64,000 nt of DNA, taken from Isurus oxyrinchus (taxonomy: Eukaryota). The stretch spans positions 38,378,001-38,442,000 of the forward strand of contig JANJGN010000026.1 in assembly GCA_026770705.1 (NCBI GenBank). The letters run 5' to 3'. Positions 22,175 to 35,670 of this stretch are shown piece after piece (the first letter of the stretch is position 1; the number at the start of each line of letters is the position of its first letter). A program made the position numbers and the translations under genes. Below the pieces are notes generated by a model. That model was given only the letters and a program-made list of their open reading frames with translations, was not told where the DNA came from and did not search any database.

Positions 22175-22432
22175 AACCGGTGACAATTCTGCTCCACATT
22201 GATACACGGCAGAGACACGAGCCCCAGCGATATTTAAAGGAAGTGTTTTCTTGTCTTGGTCCAATTCAGCGGAAAACCGGTCAGGGAAATCTGGAGAAAC
22301 AATCCCTTCCCCTAGTTATAACCCTTCAGTAAATAGCTAGGAACTTCCCCGCGATAATGGATGTACCAAAAGAGCGTTGATATAGTGTATTTTGTTGCGT
22401 AACTGCAGTTCCGTATTATTGTCTGCCCTTCG
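22175..22432 (-). pseudogene. TCR V pseudogene fragment (DSVSQDP-like family)
   Basis: EGQTIIRNCSYATKYTISTLFWYIHYRGEVPSYLLK, frameshift, PDFPDRFSAELDQDKKTLPLNIAGA..AVYQC. 5' end and RSS not recognisable. Confidence 0.8.
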
Positions 22433-22568
22433 TAAGTCCGCAATATATATCCAGCACTTTAGAGATGTTGCTGTTGACATGTTCCTCATGTCCTTTTTAA
22501 AAGTATATTGGGGCATCCTGTGTTGATGTGAATTTACATGCTGCCTCCTGCAATATTTAATTACTGAG

Positions 22569-23036
22569 ATGTTTTCTATTCTCTGGCCTGAATGCTCCAA
22601 TGCCCCTTGTAATAGGTAGGTTGTGATTGATGTTCCCCACGTTGGGTGGAATGCTCATAATCTGTAAGTGTGTTAACTAATATTTTCTATGCTATTTTCC
22701 AGGCAAAATCCATCGGAGCTGGGTAACGCAGCGTCAACATGAGTTGAAGTTATCTGAGGGAGATAATCCGCAATTGAACTGTAATTACAGTTCCAGTTCT
22801 GATGATCCGGATCGCTCTGGTACCGGCTGTACCCGAACCAGACATCCCCGTTTATATTGTTCCGTGATATTGCACGGATTGCGAGTTTGCGAAAGGGAAA
22901 TTCGATGCTTGTCATCATGCTCATTAACATTTTATCCATTTGTCAATTTCTACAGCGAAGGCGAAAGGCAACACATTCTATTTCTGCAGATTGAGAGTCT
23001 GGGAGCTTCAACGCCGCTCCAGTCCGTGCAAAAACA
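22569..23036 (+). pseudogene. TCR V pseudogene
   Basis: Acceptor 22701-22702; WVTQRQHELKLSEGDNPQLNCNYSSS..WYRLYPNQ..FYFCRLR with frameshifts. Nonamer GCAAAAACA 23028-23036. Confidence 0.8.
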
Positions 23037-23069
23037 TCATCAAACTGCAGGCAAACAGTTAAGCAAAGG

Positions 23070-23233
23070 TAAAAGCAAAATACTGCGGATGCTGGAAATC
23101 TGAAACAAAAACAAAAACACCTGGAAAAACTCAGCAGGTCTGACAGCACCTGCGGAAACAAATACAGTTGATGTTTCGAGTCGGTCCGAAACGTCAACTC
23201 TATTCCTCTCCGCAGATGCTGTCAGACCTACTG
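23070..23233. mobile_element. Short fold-back Penelope-derived insert
   Basis: Inverted arms at about 23129-23237; AGTTAAGCAAAGG repeated at 23057-23069 and 23234-23246. Confidence 0.8.
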
Positions 23234-24964
23234 AGTTAAGCAAAGGCATCTGCCACAGTGAAAAATAAAATCTTTCATTGGGAAAATGATGAAAAAACAT
23301 ATGTTTCCATGTTCTGCCACAATGGCGTCAAGGATCATGGACATCAGTTACGCGAAATGAGTAGAGAAACTGAATTGTTTTCCTCGGAACAGTGGAGATT
23401 AAGTGGAATACTAATTGGGGGGACCAAATTTATGAAAGGATTTCAAAACGTAGATGAGGAAAAATTATTCCTGCACGCAGCAGGAACGCCGATGGGAGGA
23501 TACTGATTCAAGGTAATTGACAGAAAAATCCAGGGGTAATTTATGATTATTTTCAAAGTGAGTTGCGATGATCTTGAAAGCACTGCCTGAAAGGCGGTGG
23601 GAGCAGATACAATAATAAGTAATTGATTCATATTTGAAAAAGGTAAACTGCAGGCCTAGGGGGAAAGGCCATGTAGTTGGTCTTATTGGATAGCTATTGC
23701 AGACTGGAAAGCACGGGAACGTTTGGCCGAATGACCTCCTCCTGTGCTGTATTATCCAGCAATTCTATGTATCACACCCAATGCTAATCCCGGCACAAGC
23801 TGGAGTTCCTTGTGTTGGCTCTTGGCTAAATTCCCGAAACTATCTCCAGAATAGCACTGGAGGAAAACCTTCATGATGCATGTTCTGGCAGTTCAAGGTG
23901 AAGCTTCAGCACAATATTCTTATGTGAAATTAGGGATGGATAATACATGCTGGCCTTGCCATAATTGCCCATAACAAGAAAATAGGTACAATAAAACTAA
24001 GAACATAGGGCTGGGATGAAAGCAGCTCGCCTTCGCCTTTAAGACCATTTGCTTCATTAACCTGCTCAGCCTCTCTCCTTCCATCGTCTCTTTACCCACA
24101 TTCGGCACAGCTGGGCTTTTGACTAGCTTTTTTCAGAGAAAGCAAACAGAAGCTACACTATGGCAATTATACCGATTGGGGAGATAAGACATGATGAAAT
24201 ATGTGAGTTCAACCAAGTTCCTCTTGCTGTTTGTAACATGAGCATCGGTTTCCAACTATAGATTATGAAGGAAATGTAATATGGCAGCATTAACATAGAT
24301 ATTTTCAGTTATTACTATTTTTCTTTGTCATTTCTTGATCGTTGTGGTATGAGCAATGGAGACGAGATGTTGTAAGGCAGTCATAACACAAAAACGTTAC
24401 AGAGGATAAAAATCCTGATACATTAGAAAATGTAACGAAATACAATGAACATCTGAAAGTGACCAACAGGTCAATGCGTTCCTGAGTGATCTCAATGGTC
24501 AAGAGTTTTTAGTATTCTACATTTGATCTGCTGTTTTATTCAATAGTTTTCAGTTCTCTTGTTACCATTGATGGCCCTGAACACTGAAGTCAGGTTCACA
24601 GTGATAAATAATTGGCATGTTAGTTTCTCAGCTGCTCTCTTCGTAACGTTATCAGGGAAATATGAAGGATGTTAAAGGAAAGGGCTTCTTACTTTATTTA
24701 TGATTCACTTGATTTATGATTTTCCCAGACCTAAAATCTCTGCATATTACACTCGTTATTTTGCACTTTCTATAGATTCCTAAAATTCTGTTCTCGTCAT
24801 GTTCTATTACTGCACTTTTTAGCTTTCTGTTTTTCTCTCACTCATTCTGGCTTTTTCTGCGTTTATGTTTCCAACTCTGCTCATTTCTCACCCCCTTGTA
24901 AATCTTGAGATACTGGAAACGCTGATCCTCCGATAACAACAAAGCGGCTCTCCCAGAAGGCGCA

Positions 24965-25312
24965 GGTTTCTGTACATATGCTCGTTGTACTGTGGTTTAC
25001 AGTGCACAAATAAGTGGCCGTTTCTGTAACCCGGGCCCCTCACAGTCAGGACACTGAGCTTGTTGTCTACAACGATTGATCGCGTTGATTAGCTCCTCTT
25101 GTTGCCATCACCAGATGCTGGGGCAGCTGATTTGGGGATTGTCTTTACCAACGCACAATGTCAAATGCAATAGTGATGGTGCAGTTCATAAACATGATTC
25201 CCATTTCACTAACAATCACCCGCCCAGGGGGTTGCATCACCTCATCTTCACATGTCACATCCGTGCAGATCAGGGTGGAAAACAGCAAACAGGCTCTGTA
25301 AATCCGGAGCAT
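24965..25312 (-). pseudogene. TCR V pseudogene, intronless-leader family (copy 3)
   Basis: MLRIYRACLLFSTLICTDVTCEDEVMQPPGRVIVSEMGIMFMNCTITIAFDIVRW*RQSPNQLPQHLV is contiguous. RSS CACAGTA, 14 bp, ACAGAAACC. Confidence 0.85.
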
Positions 25313-26348
25313 TATCAGAGCACATGAAACACCAGCTGGACCAATTGTCCATTGACTTCGGAGTTAGAGCCGAGAGATGAATATTATATTCAGAAGAATT
25401 AACAAGGAGCAAAACACCAGCTTCAGGTCCTATTCAGAGGGAATCTTCTGTTGAATTAACTAAAGAGACCGGGTCTTGGGATTGACTCGCCCATATTCAA
25501 TATTTCACACTGACTCCGGCTAACGTATTCTGTGAGTTCATACCGGGCCGCACACATTCAATATTTCTCAAAGATTCACACTGCTCTCTGATGGTGTGCA
25601 TTGGTAACTGCATGGTACAATCATTCAAATCAATTCCCGCCAATCTGCATTTCACAGGAGAATTGTAAATGAGAACAGCTATTCCCTTCGTCCTTGTATA
25701 GCACCCCTATCTGGAGAGGCCCTGTACCTCGCTTTCAATTGCAGCATTCAACGATCCCAGTGTATCTTCCTCCCTCATTCTAGTTGAATCTTTATTCCAC
25801 AGTGTGATCACTTTCAGTGTGACAACAGGAATCTCTCTTGACATGCGTCTCAAAAGCTCATTTTATAGTTTAAACTCGTGTGCTGCCCCACATGGATGCA
25901 GTGCAAAATTTTCTGTTGGATATTTGCAACACACCAACATTGGCAACTCATAAAAGTATACTTCGCTAAAACAAAAGCAAGTTGGCCACCAGCGTTAAAT
26001 TAATGCCTCTATTTCGTCATTTGTTCGTTTAATCACATTTTCTCAATGAAGTTACTGGACAATTGTGAGTCTGGAATTGCCCTGTCACTGAAAACAACAT
26101 GGTATCTCACTACCTTCTGGCGGCGGCGACATTGCACTACAGGGTGCTTCTTTACAACACTTGTTCGCCTTCGGAACTCAGGAGTGAGTTCAACAACTTC
26201 CGGTTCGAAACTCTACTGCATTTATACTTATTCATCTTTCTAGTTTAGATGGCACCTGGTGGTGAGGAATCTGATTTTCATAAGTTTACTTCATCCAGGC
26301 AAAGCTACCCGTCTGTTTTATCTTTTCCTGTTGTAGCGTCTTTATCAG

Positions 26349-26667
26349 GTCTGAGTCATGGAGGTTCTGTAATGCAGCCGCTGTCCTCAGGAGTAAGGAA
26401 AGGATAACCGGCGAACTTAAAACGCACCGATAATAATACATGGAGAGGCAACTGATATCAGCCAGAAACTGAAACACAGCCAGTGCTTAATCTGATAAAA
26501 TATCCAAACGACTCTGAAGATAAAGCGCATTTTGCTGAAATCTGGTTTACACTGTACACTTGCCAACTTGACAAAATTCAGCATCTTCAGCTGAACAAAG
26601 CTGTAGTTTATTATTGCTCCCTTAGACTCACAATGTTGGAAACCAGTTAAACCCTCATACAGCTACT
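26349..26667 (+). pseudogene. TCR V pseudogene (degenerate)
   Basis: GLSHGGSVMQ..*YQ..KAVVYYCSLRL; RSS CACAATG (26629-26635), 23 bp, ACAGCTACT. Confidence 0.75.
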
Positions 26668-27819
26668 CCTGCCAATTTGTAAATCAGGAACTTTGCCTGC
26701 TGATGTAACTTCTAGCGGAGACTAGATGTGAACGCCATCAAAAAACAATTACATAGAAAATCTGCCAGGTTCCGCTGTTCATTACCCTGAGCCACCCACT
26801 TTCTCTGAACTGAGTTTGAGAAGATTGTTAAGTAAGGGCCACCAGAGGGCAGTAATAGCGTGGATTATGAAAAAGGCAGCACCTGTGGAAATATTAACAG
26901 ATTTAACGTTGCAGGTAAAGTACCTTCCTTATACCTAAACATATTCAGGTAATCGGCACGGACCAATCGACAGAGTCCAGGGTGCACTTGGATGATGGGT
27001 TGGCTGTTTGTTTGGCTGACGGGATTCGTTGAAGGCTGAAACCTCTTTTTTATTGTTTCATGTGGTTGAGCGTCGCTGGCAAGAACAGCATTTCTTGCAC
27101 ATCAATTAATTTCCCTTCAGTAAGTGCTGGCGAGCCGCCCTCTTGAATCGCTATGGTTCATTTGTTGTTGTGATGGGATGTTGTGTTAGTGATGTTAGGG
27201 GGGAGTTCCGGTATAATGACCCAGTGACAATGAAAGAACGGCGATATAATTCCACGTCAGGATGGTATGTGGCTGGGAGGAGAAATTGCAGGAGCTGATA
27301 TTCTCTTTGTTTAGGTGGAAAATATTGAGGGTTTGAGACATACTGTCGAAGGTACCTTGACGAGTTCATTGAATCACAAAAATTTAAGTGCGAGCAATAA
27401 TTTCCAGTGGAATCCAATGGTTGCCCTAGTTAACTAATGAATTTCTGCAAACATGGTAATTGCTAAAATAGGCAAGCTGTAAATATTTCTAATGATCAAT
27501 TCAGCCATGACTACTGAGCGCATGAGGTGTTTGTACACCCTGGATCCGTTAAACAGTCAATCACTCCTCTTCCATCGTTGAATTCATTTCAAATGTGGTA
27601 TTTTTCTATTTGCCGCTTTGTTGTATTCAAATTCCTCAGGAGCCAGTGGCCGCCTGTATCATAGTCTTCATAGTCAGACAGCAGCAATTGGGGCTCCGGT
27701 TCTGAAAGTAGAACAGCATTCACTGCTTTCCTTCTCTTCCTCCGCCTGACTGATTGAATCGTTATAGGGCCAACATTGGGTATAAACCCTGCCTCATTCC
27801 CTGTTGTATGAATCGGAGA

Positions 27820-28070
27820 TCAAAGGAGCTGTAGCTAATTGATTGAATTGAAAACAAAGGCGTTTTCAGCTGAATGGATGTAACCTGATGACGCTGTCAG
27901 CAATGATCCAATCAGCAGCGATGCGGATGACTCAACCTCTCACCAACTCTTGGTGAAAATAATTTCAGCTTCAGCCGATTCTAGTCATATCCACCGCGAG
28001 CTCTCTGCAAACATGTCGCCCGTTGCTTTGAACTTATTCTTCACAGCGGCAGCTCTTTTAGTTGATAGGT
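27820..28070 (+). pseudogene. Orphan promoter and leader exon of the Tyr23/Leu41 V family
   Basis: MSPVALNLFFTAAALLV at 28013 is homologous to the 21159 leader; donor mutated; no matching V exon follows. Confidence 0.65.
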
Positions 28071-28577
28071 TCACAAATTGCGAAACTCTGCGTTTTACAT
28101 CTCGTCCTACCATTACATTTAATTGGGTAGTTCAGTCTACACAGGGGGGTGGAGGGGTGGGGGGGGCGGTGGTGGTGGGGGGAAGGAATAGATTGATCCA
28201 AAATGTGAAAAATCGCCCCGATCCACCTCGTACCAACATGGAACACTGTCTTGGGAGAAGTAGGCGAAATTCCCGGAGTGATTGAGAGCAGAGGAGTTGG
28301 GCTGGGATCCTAGACTCCACTTGTGCGCGAGATACTTTGGCAGATACAAGAGTTCGAACGAAACCCTCCGACTGTTCCCAGTTTTCCCTTCAAATCACCG
28401 GAGATGACGGTGAGGAACTGATCTCAATGTTCACTCAGGAACGTTTTATTGAATCGATCCAAGCACCTTCCCTTTACAGCACCTGAGCTGCCATGATTTA
28501 TTTCTCAGGTTCCGGGTGACAGGCCGATTTTGGGGCATAGACATCGTTTAATTGAATATCGCTCTTGGCTCTTATAG

Positions 28578-28900
28578 GACATTGTGGAGGAGGCTCTGTT
28601 TCACAGACACCGGCTGCAGTCACAGTGAGTGAAGGAGACGATGTTCAGCTGCTCTGTAATTATACAGCTACAAGCAGTATCAATCCTTATCTATTCTGGT
28701 ATCGTCAGTATCCCAGCGGATTCCTAGAGTATCTACTGAAGAGAAACAGATACATGGCTAACACAGAGAGATTCCCCGGAGACCGTTTTTCAGCGGAGCT
28801 CAATGAAAGTGTCTAAAACAGAATTGTCAGGCTCTGCGGTGTATCACTGCGCGCTGTACCCCACAGACACACAGAGCAGGGCTGAACCTATACAAAAACT
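28578..28900 (+). pseudogene. TRAV-like pseudogene (FR3 deletion and stop)
   Basis: GHCGGGSVSQTP..VQLLCNYTATSSINPYLFWYRQYP..FSAELNESV*, then SAVYHCALY. RSS CACAGAC, 23 bp, ACAAAAACT (28862-28900). Confidence 0.9.
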
Positions 28901-31337
28901 GTCAGAACGACACTCAACATTACGGAGCAAGGCGCAAACATTGTGATCGAGGTGAGTCTGAACTACTTCCTTAAATCGTAGTGACATTTATACATTTATT
29001 TCTAATTTATAGTTTTATTCTTAATAATTTTATCATGAAAAAATCTTAATGCGGGCATATTAGCAAAAGATAATACAATATTTATATGATTCTTTTCTTC
29101 ATGTTCCAAAATGTTTCACAGTCACTGTTATAATATAATGTAGAGAAGGCAGCAGCCAATTCTTGCCCAGTAAAAGACTTCAATAAATGGCCGGCCTCTT
29201 TCAGTAATGATGACTGACCGGGGCAATTCGTCTCCTGTCCTCGAGAAAGTGGCTGTGCGATCTATGATGCTGAGAGGGCAAACAGTGCCATCGATTGAAC
29301 ATCTCATTTGAAACCCGGTACCTCTGACTGCACCATTCCCTGAGGGCGGCACTGGGGTAACAGCATTGATCCTGGGGCTCAAGACCTTGGTGGGGGAGGA
29401 GGGAGGGTGTGGGTGGGGAATGGGAATGGAAGCCTGAAACTTTTGTTTCAGGGGCTATAATGATGAGAACAGAACTTCGCCTGAGAAGTAGAGCTCTCAG
29501 GTTAACCCCTGTATGGTTAATTCTTAAACATCTGTATCTTTTTAATAATACATATGAAATGGACAATAGATGAGTGCAAAGCTTTTCTAGATGTGAGTGA
29601 CCTAATGACAGGCAGCCGGGCAGCCGCCAATTGGCGCCTCGGTCACCTTTTCTTCCTGAACAGGAGGTCAGTTTCCATGGGGGCCTCCTCGGTAAGTTCC
29701 CGCGTTGTCCTTACTGACAGGCTGCCGGTGTCCTATTGAGCGGAAAGTATCTCGGAACAAATCGGCCTCAGAATCTGGGAAACTTCAGGACGTGGTGACT
29801 GTTCATCAACTCAATCCAGGAAAAACGGATTGAAATAAAAAAAAGAAAACTGAAAAATAAACTTTACTGGTCCCCGTGGAAACAGGAAACGATAAGCTTA
29901 TCCCCTGGAACCAAATGTCACTCAACAAGAGAAGGAAAGACTTTTCCTGATGTCACGCTTTTCCAACTCAGGATTTCCAGAAGCCTTTCCAACCTCAGGA
30001 AGTACGTTTCCAGTGCACTCACTGTTGCGATATTGTAAACATTATTTCCACAAAGGAAAACGGGAATTTTTAATTCTCTGCCAGGATAGGTTGTCACTCT
30101 GATCCTGGAGCAAAGGAATTTGTGAGGCCAGATGTTTTCCAGATCATTTCAACTTGCAGAAAATAGTAACCAGAACATTCGGTAACGAGCTGATGGACAC
30201 CTCTTACTCTAAGACGCATTGAGCAAACCTGCTAAACATTGTGCCAACCTGCTTATTCAGACAACCCAGTGACATTGGAATACAATGATTCATAGTGTTC
30301 ATCCTCTAAGTCCTCTGTGCCATCCCCCTCCTCCTTCAACTGCCATACCTTAGGAGGCTGTTGATGACCATGGACTTACATTGGATTGGGCTATGATTAT
30401 GTTTGCAAGGTACTGCAGTTGTTTGTCGTTGCTTTCTGCAGTATTACTGACCAAGAATCTCTCCTCTCTTGTCACCTACCATCAAGCATATTGGACGCAT
30501 TTACAAACTGATAAGCAACCTTTTTGACCACGTTAGGAACTGACTTTCTGTGGCCATAATGTCCTGAATTGAGACTTGAACCTGAAGCTTCTGACCCAAA
30601 AGTATGGACGCTGCCAGTGCTCACGAAGACCTTCTTCCATGCGTAATTCATACATTGGGTCTTGCCCTAAATACACTATCGTTTGCGGTGAAGTGTCATC
30701 AATATATTTCCTGTAATGCCCAGCGGTCACCTGTGACAGCGGTGAACTGACGGCTCTGTCACTTTTGGACAGATAAAAGGATTTGAAGCGCCATCTAGTG
30801 GAACCCTGTCTGTGAAACAACGATTCTCAACTTATTCTCGAATATTGCTGCATGATATTGGTGGATAATTATTATGGCATCTTATTATTTTTTTTTGCTC
30901 AGATTTTATTATTACTGCACCTGATGCCTTTTTTCATTCTTTTGCTTTTGCTATATGCGCTATTTCATATTAGTTGCAAGATTATTTGTCTGTTTTCTAA
31001 CATGCCTACGTCATTAGTACAGTGCATGTCATTTGCACACATGGATGAGGTTCTCATTAATAAATTCATAAACTCACAAGTTATGAGGTTGGATTGTAAA
31101 TTTCTAAAGAATGGAATGCTTCTAAGCCCCCTAATCATAAAACAGGAATGTCAACCAAATTTCAATTAGCGAATGTATCAGAGTATTTTTCTACGATTAG
31201 GAATAAAAAAGTGAAATTTTACGGCAGTAATTTCTTCGTATGATCAACTTTGCATTTTCCGTTTACCGATTTCACTTCCATCACACTTACTTCTAAAGCC
31301 AATGGGCTTGTTTTCTCCTCAGTCCCCATGTTGAGTG

Positions 31338-31655
31338 AATTATTGTACAGCTCCTCCTCCCCTTATTTCACCATGCCTCTCTGTACTGTAATACACGCAG
31401 CGTCTGACAGCTGAACCGTGTCAACAGTGAGAGTGATGGAGCTTTTCTCACGGTCCACCCCTATTTTAAACTTTCCCTCAACTCTTTCATTGCTGTAAGT
31501 GGAAACAAGATACTCGGGAGCTTGATTGGAGAATTGCCGTTACCAGAATACAATATCATTTTTCGTGAATATAGCATTGTGATGAAGCAAAATGGTTTGT
31601 CCAACAGTTCCCCAAAACATCGATATCTGAAATGTCTTCCAGTGACAAGGAAGAA
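31338..31655 (-). pseudogene. TCR V pseudogene, cysteine-free family (copy 2)
   Basis: LPCHWKTFQISMFWGTVGQTILLHHNAIFTKNDIVFW*RQFSNQAPEYLVST..ITLTVDTVQLSDAA, frameshift, YYSTER. RSS CATGGTG, 22 bp, ACAATAATT. Confidence 0.8.
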
Positions 31656-31949
31656 CTGCGAAGACATGAATAACATTAGCTTAATGACACAAGAGTGGAT
31701 AAAGCACTTGCGGATGTTGGCAGAATCTACTAATCTGTCTATTGATCTCTCTCTATCTATTTATTTATCTGCATCTCTACATTCCGATCTATCTATCTAT
31801 TTGCATATCTATGTATCTCATCGTTCTTGAATCTTTCTCACGGATATCTACTATCTTGGTCTCAGAGAGGCAGAGTTATTTCACTGTTTATCTCTTTACT
31901 TTGAACAAACAAATATCGGAAATTCAATTTAATATTTTTTGATGCTCTT

Positions 31950-32197
31950 CAGCTGAGCCAACGTAGAGCCGCCAGTCCAGTTCAACCCTTTGATCTTCCC
32001 ATGACTCCACCTACTCAGGGTGGGAGCTCTGATCCTCACACCAAACGGCTGTGAACAAAAGAAAAACCACTGAACCACCACAGGGTACCGACAGATTGTT
32101 TAAAAACAATACCTCTGATGAGATAAATAAACTCACACAATATCAACAGCAATAGGGCTCCAACTGGAATCAGGTCTTTGCAGGAGTTTCTGTTCAT
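31950..32197 (-). pseudogene. Truncated paralog of the 6.8-7.3 kb V (leader and FR1)
   Basis: Leader MNRNSCK..|gtgagt and FR1 similar to 7060-7292. Confidence 0.75.
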
Positions 32198-32605
32198 GAT
32201 GATGAAGATGGACAAAGGGCAGATTCAATCAGGGTCTGATTTCCAGACTGCGACTTGTTGCCGAATCCAGGACTCTCAATGGGGGGAGGGGGGGGGTGGG
32301 GAGGTGGAGAGGGGAGAGCATTACATTCTCTTTTTGAATGTGAGACTGATGGGCGATATTCTCACCGGTTGGACAATTATGGGATGTCGCTATATGACGT
32401 TATTCCTGGTGCCACCCAGCGATTGGCTGTTTCTCAAAACGTAGGCCACTTGAAAAGCCAGTGCTTCCGAACCTCTCTGCTTCCTGCATGTTGCACCAGG
32501 TTATAGTGTTTCATAATGCCTGTGCTCTGTTGTCTTTACAAATGAGAAGAGGCATTAGTCATCTTACAACAGAAGGAGAGGAAGTTCAACCCACTACCCA
32601 TGTGT

Positions 32606-32889
32606 GCTGGCTGTCACGTAGTGTTATACACTTACTGTGAATCATGTGTCTGCTGCCCGTATATTGTGCCTTTAAGAAAAATATTTTTACTGGTCAAATG
32701 TTGACCTATTTGTCTTCCAAATTATTTGTACATTTTGTTTTCATCGCTGGCTGTCACATAGTGTTATACACTTACTGTGAATCATGTGTCTGCTGCCCGT
32801 ATATTGTGCCTTTAAGAAAAATATTTTTACTGGTCAAATGTTGACCTATTTGTCTTCCAAATTATTTGTACATTTTGTTTTCATCGCTG
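32606..32889. repeat. 140-bp near-perfect tandem duplication
   Basis: Units start at 32606 and 32746 and differ at one position that I could see. Confidence 0.95.
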
Positions 32890-34299
32890 TTTCTCATGAA
32901 CCATCACATCCTCTAACATTCCAGTTCTCAAAATACGAAAACGGTCTACTCTCTCCTCCACTAGAATAATGGTAAAATTCAATGATGCCATCGAGTTACC
33001 CACCCGTTCACTCTCTCTTTTTAACCTTTTCCAAACCTTTCCTGATTGGGTACAGTTCTGTCATTCTACTTCTTAACCTTCTGTGTTCTGGTGAAAAGAT
33101 CTCCAGCTGCTCAAGTTTCTGCTCAGGATGATCGTCTCTCATCCGGCAACATCGTGCACAGTTCATCCCACACATTGTATTTCAGGTTGACACCAAACGA
33201 AAGAAGAGTCACAAAACTGACCCAAGAGTTTGAACTGCGTCCTCAGCAATGATCTGTCCAGCTTTATTCTTGATTCTGAGTTTAACAATCCATGCCCCTG
33301 TTGATTAATGTGATTCTTTAACTCTTTATCTGCAGCTTGTTCCACACTTTCTGCATCTGGGTTCTGAATTTTTTCTCCTCCTTTACCCATTAAAGTAAAT
33401 GTTTCTTCTTCGTACCCCATAACCTTTCAACCCCTTGCTTAGCAAGAGCCTTAAAAATATCCAAAGACTCTGTTTCCACCACCTGTTTTGTTTCAGATTT
33501 CCAGCATCCGCAGTATTTTGCTTTTATCATCAAACCCGGTATTTAGCCCATGAATTTTTAAAAAAAATTATTTTAGCGTGGAAGGGACATTTTCTACATA
33601 ATGGTAAAGATTGTGGACGTTGTATTTTTATGTATTTTATTTGAAGTGACACTAAACCATAAAAATGAAGTATTATTAACAAAAAATAAAGCATGCGCTC
33701 TAGGGTTTGGGCATCGCTGGCAATTCACCTACTGGCTGTCCATCCATAATCGGACCTTTCAACGTCTGGATCTCCCAACTTTAATAATGTGGCCCAGCAT
33801 GTTTGGTGCATTCGTTTGAAATCGTGCCCCACATGGGCAAATAATGCATTGGTGAACAACATTATGGAGTGTTTAACATCGAGCCAACAAGGGCACAAGT
33901 CAGAGGAATTCCTTAATGAAACGTCTTTAGTTATATCAGCCAAGTAAGAATGATATCATTGAAGTTTGGCGGTAGTGCAGAGGTGACCCAGGAGTTTAGT
34001 GCTTCAGCTTGAAGTCTGTGAGTCGGGAGAAAAAACCTAAATAGTCTTTTTGGACTGTTATCGCACAAAGAGTGAACGACAATTGGACCAGTTTTCACAC
34101 AGAGTGACAGAGTCCACAAATATGGAATTACCTCTGTATAGCTAGAGGGCATTGTAGGGGTTTGGTGTTTTCTATAAAGACGAATGAAATTGGAGGTAAT
34201 CTTTTAACCTGATAATGGATGATCAGATGGAAATTAGGGGCAGAGAGTAAGGGTAATGAGAATTTAGTTGGGCCGAACGCTTTCTCATCCGTCAGTATC

Positions 34300-34890
34300 C
34301 GCCAGAATTGGGCGACGAGCAGCTCACCTCCTGACTCCCCAAAGCCGGTCCACGATCTACAAGGCACAAGTCAGGAATGTGATGGAATACCCCCCACTGG
34401 CCTGGATGAGTGCAGCTCCCACAACACTCAATGAGCTTTTCACCATCCAGGACAAAACAGCCCACTTGCTTGGCACCACATCCACAAAAATTCACTCCTT
34501 CCACCACAGACACACAGTAGCAGCAGTGCGTATCATCTAAAGATGCACTGCAGGAATTCACCTAGGGTCATTCGACAGCACCTTCCAAACCCACGACCAC
34601 TACCACCTAGAAGGACAAGGCCAGCAAATAGTCGGGAACACCACCACCTGGATGTTGCCCTCCAATTTGCTCTCAATCATCATCCTGATTTGGAATTAAA
34701 TCTCCGTTTCTTCACTGCCGCTGGGGTAAAATGCTCGAACTTCCTTCCTAACAGGACTGTGGTTGTATCTACGCCAGATGGAATGCAGCAGTTCAAGAAG
34801 GCAGCTCCACACCTCCTTCTCAAAGGCAACTAGGGAAGGGCAATAAATGCTGGCCCAGCCAGCGAAGCCCACATCATGTCAATGAATAAT
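34300..34890 (+). mobile_element. LINE 3' fragment, same family as 13630-14860
   Basis: STIYKAQVRNVMEYPPLAWMSAAPTTL and a shared 3' tail. Confidence 0.8.
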
Positions 34891-35443
34891 AAAAAATGCA
34901 CCTTCTGACTTTGAGGTTGATCTGCTGCAGTGAAAACACCAACACAATAATTGAATCCCTCGAGGTGGCATGGAATAAATTGTACTCTGACAATTTCCGC
35001 AATTTATCTAATAAAAAATGAGCAGCATCTTGTGTGGTGATCTACTGTGGCTATCTGTAAGCGTGCAAGTGTGTTGTGTGTGTGTGTGTGAGGGGGTTGG
35101 GGGGGGGAGTGTGGGATTCGGGGGTGTGTGTGTGTAGCTGTGTGTTCATCGGTATGTGACTGTGTGGATATCCAGTGTTCTAGGTGAGGTTTGTACTGCG
35201 CAGCTGAGGGCGCTTCCTGATTCCCCTGCAACATGATATGCTTTTTCAGAGAGATCTAAATGTTGAAGAGATTCCCACCGGCCTTCTGTAGCCTCGCTGC
35301 TGTTTTTAATTTCTGCAACCCACCGCCCCTCTCCTCGCCACACGACCCACTGCCCCCTGCACACACACCCCACCCCACCCCACGCCCACAACCATTATGT
35401 ACCATTGATCAAAATATATCATTCTGCAGCTCAGGCTAGGACG

Positions 35444-35670
35444 ATGGAAGTGGGATTTTGGCTTTAGTTATTGTCCTGATGTCTGGTCAGTGAGATTGGG
35501 ACATTGCTACAATATTCCACCATTTTGTATAATTTCCCAGATCCATCTCTGATGACCACCCTGTTTCTGTTACTTCGCCTAACACATTGTGTGGCCACTT
35601 TTCATTTTCAGAGATAAGTAACGGGCATTCAGTGCCCCAGTCGAATCAAGAAATCAAATCAGATGCTTCC
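35444..35670 (+). pseudogene. V leader and FR1 remnant
   Basis: Frameshifted leader ..ILALVIVLMS|gtcagt; acceptor 35610-35611, then ISNGHSVPQSNQEIK. Confidence 0.55.

Noticed and set aside
28621-28627. Isolated CACAGTG heptamers (also about 2865, 8814, 10887-10893 and 63678)
   Set aside because: No nonamer seen at 12 or 23 bp, so they give no support for D or J segments.
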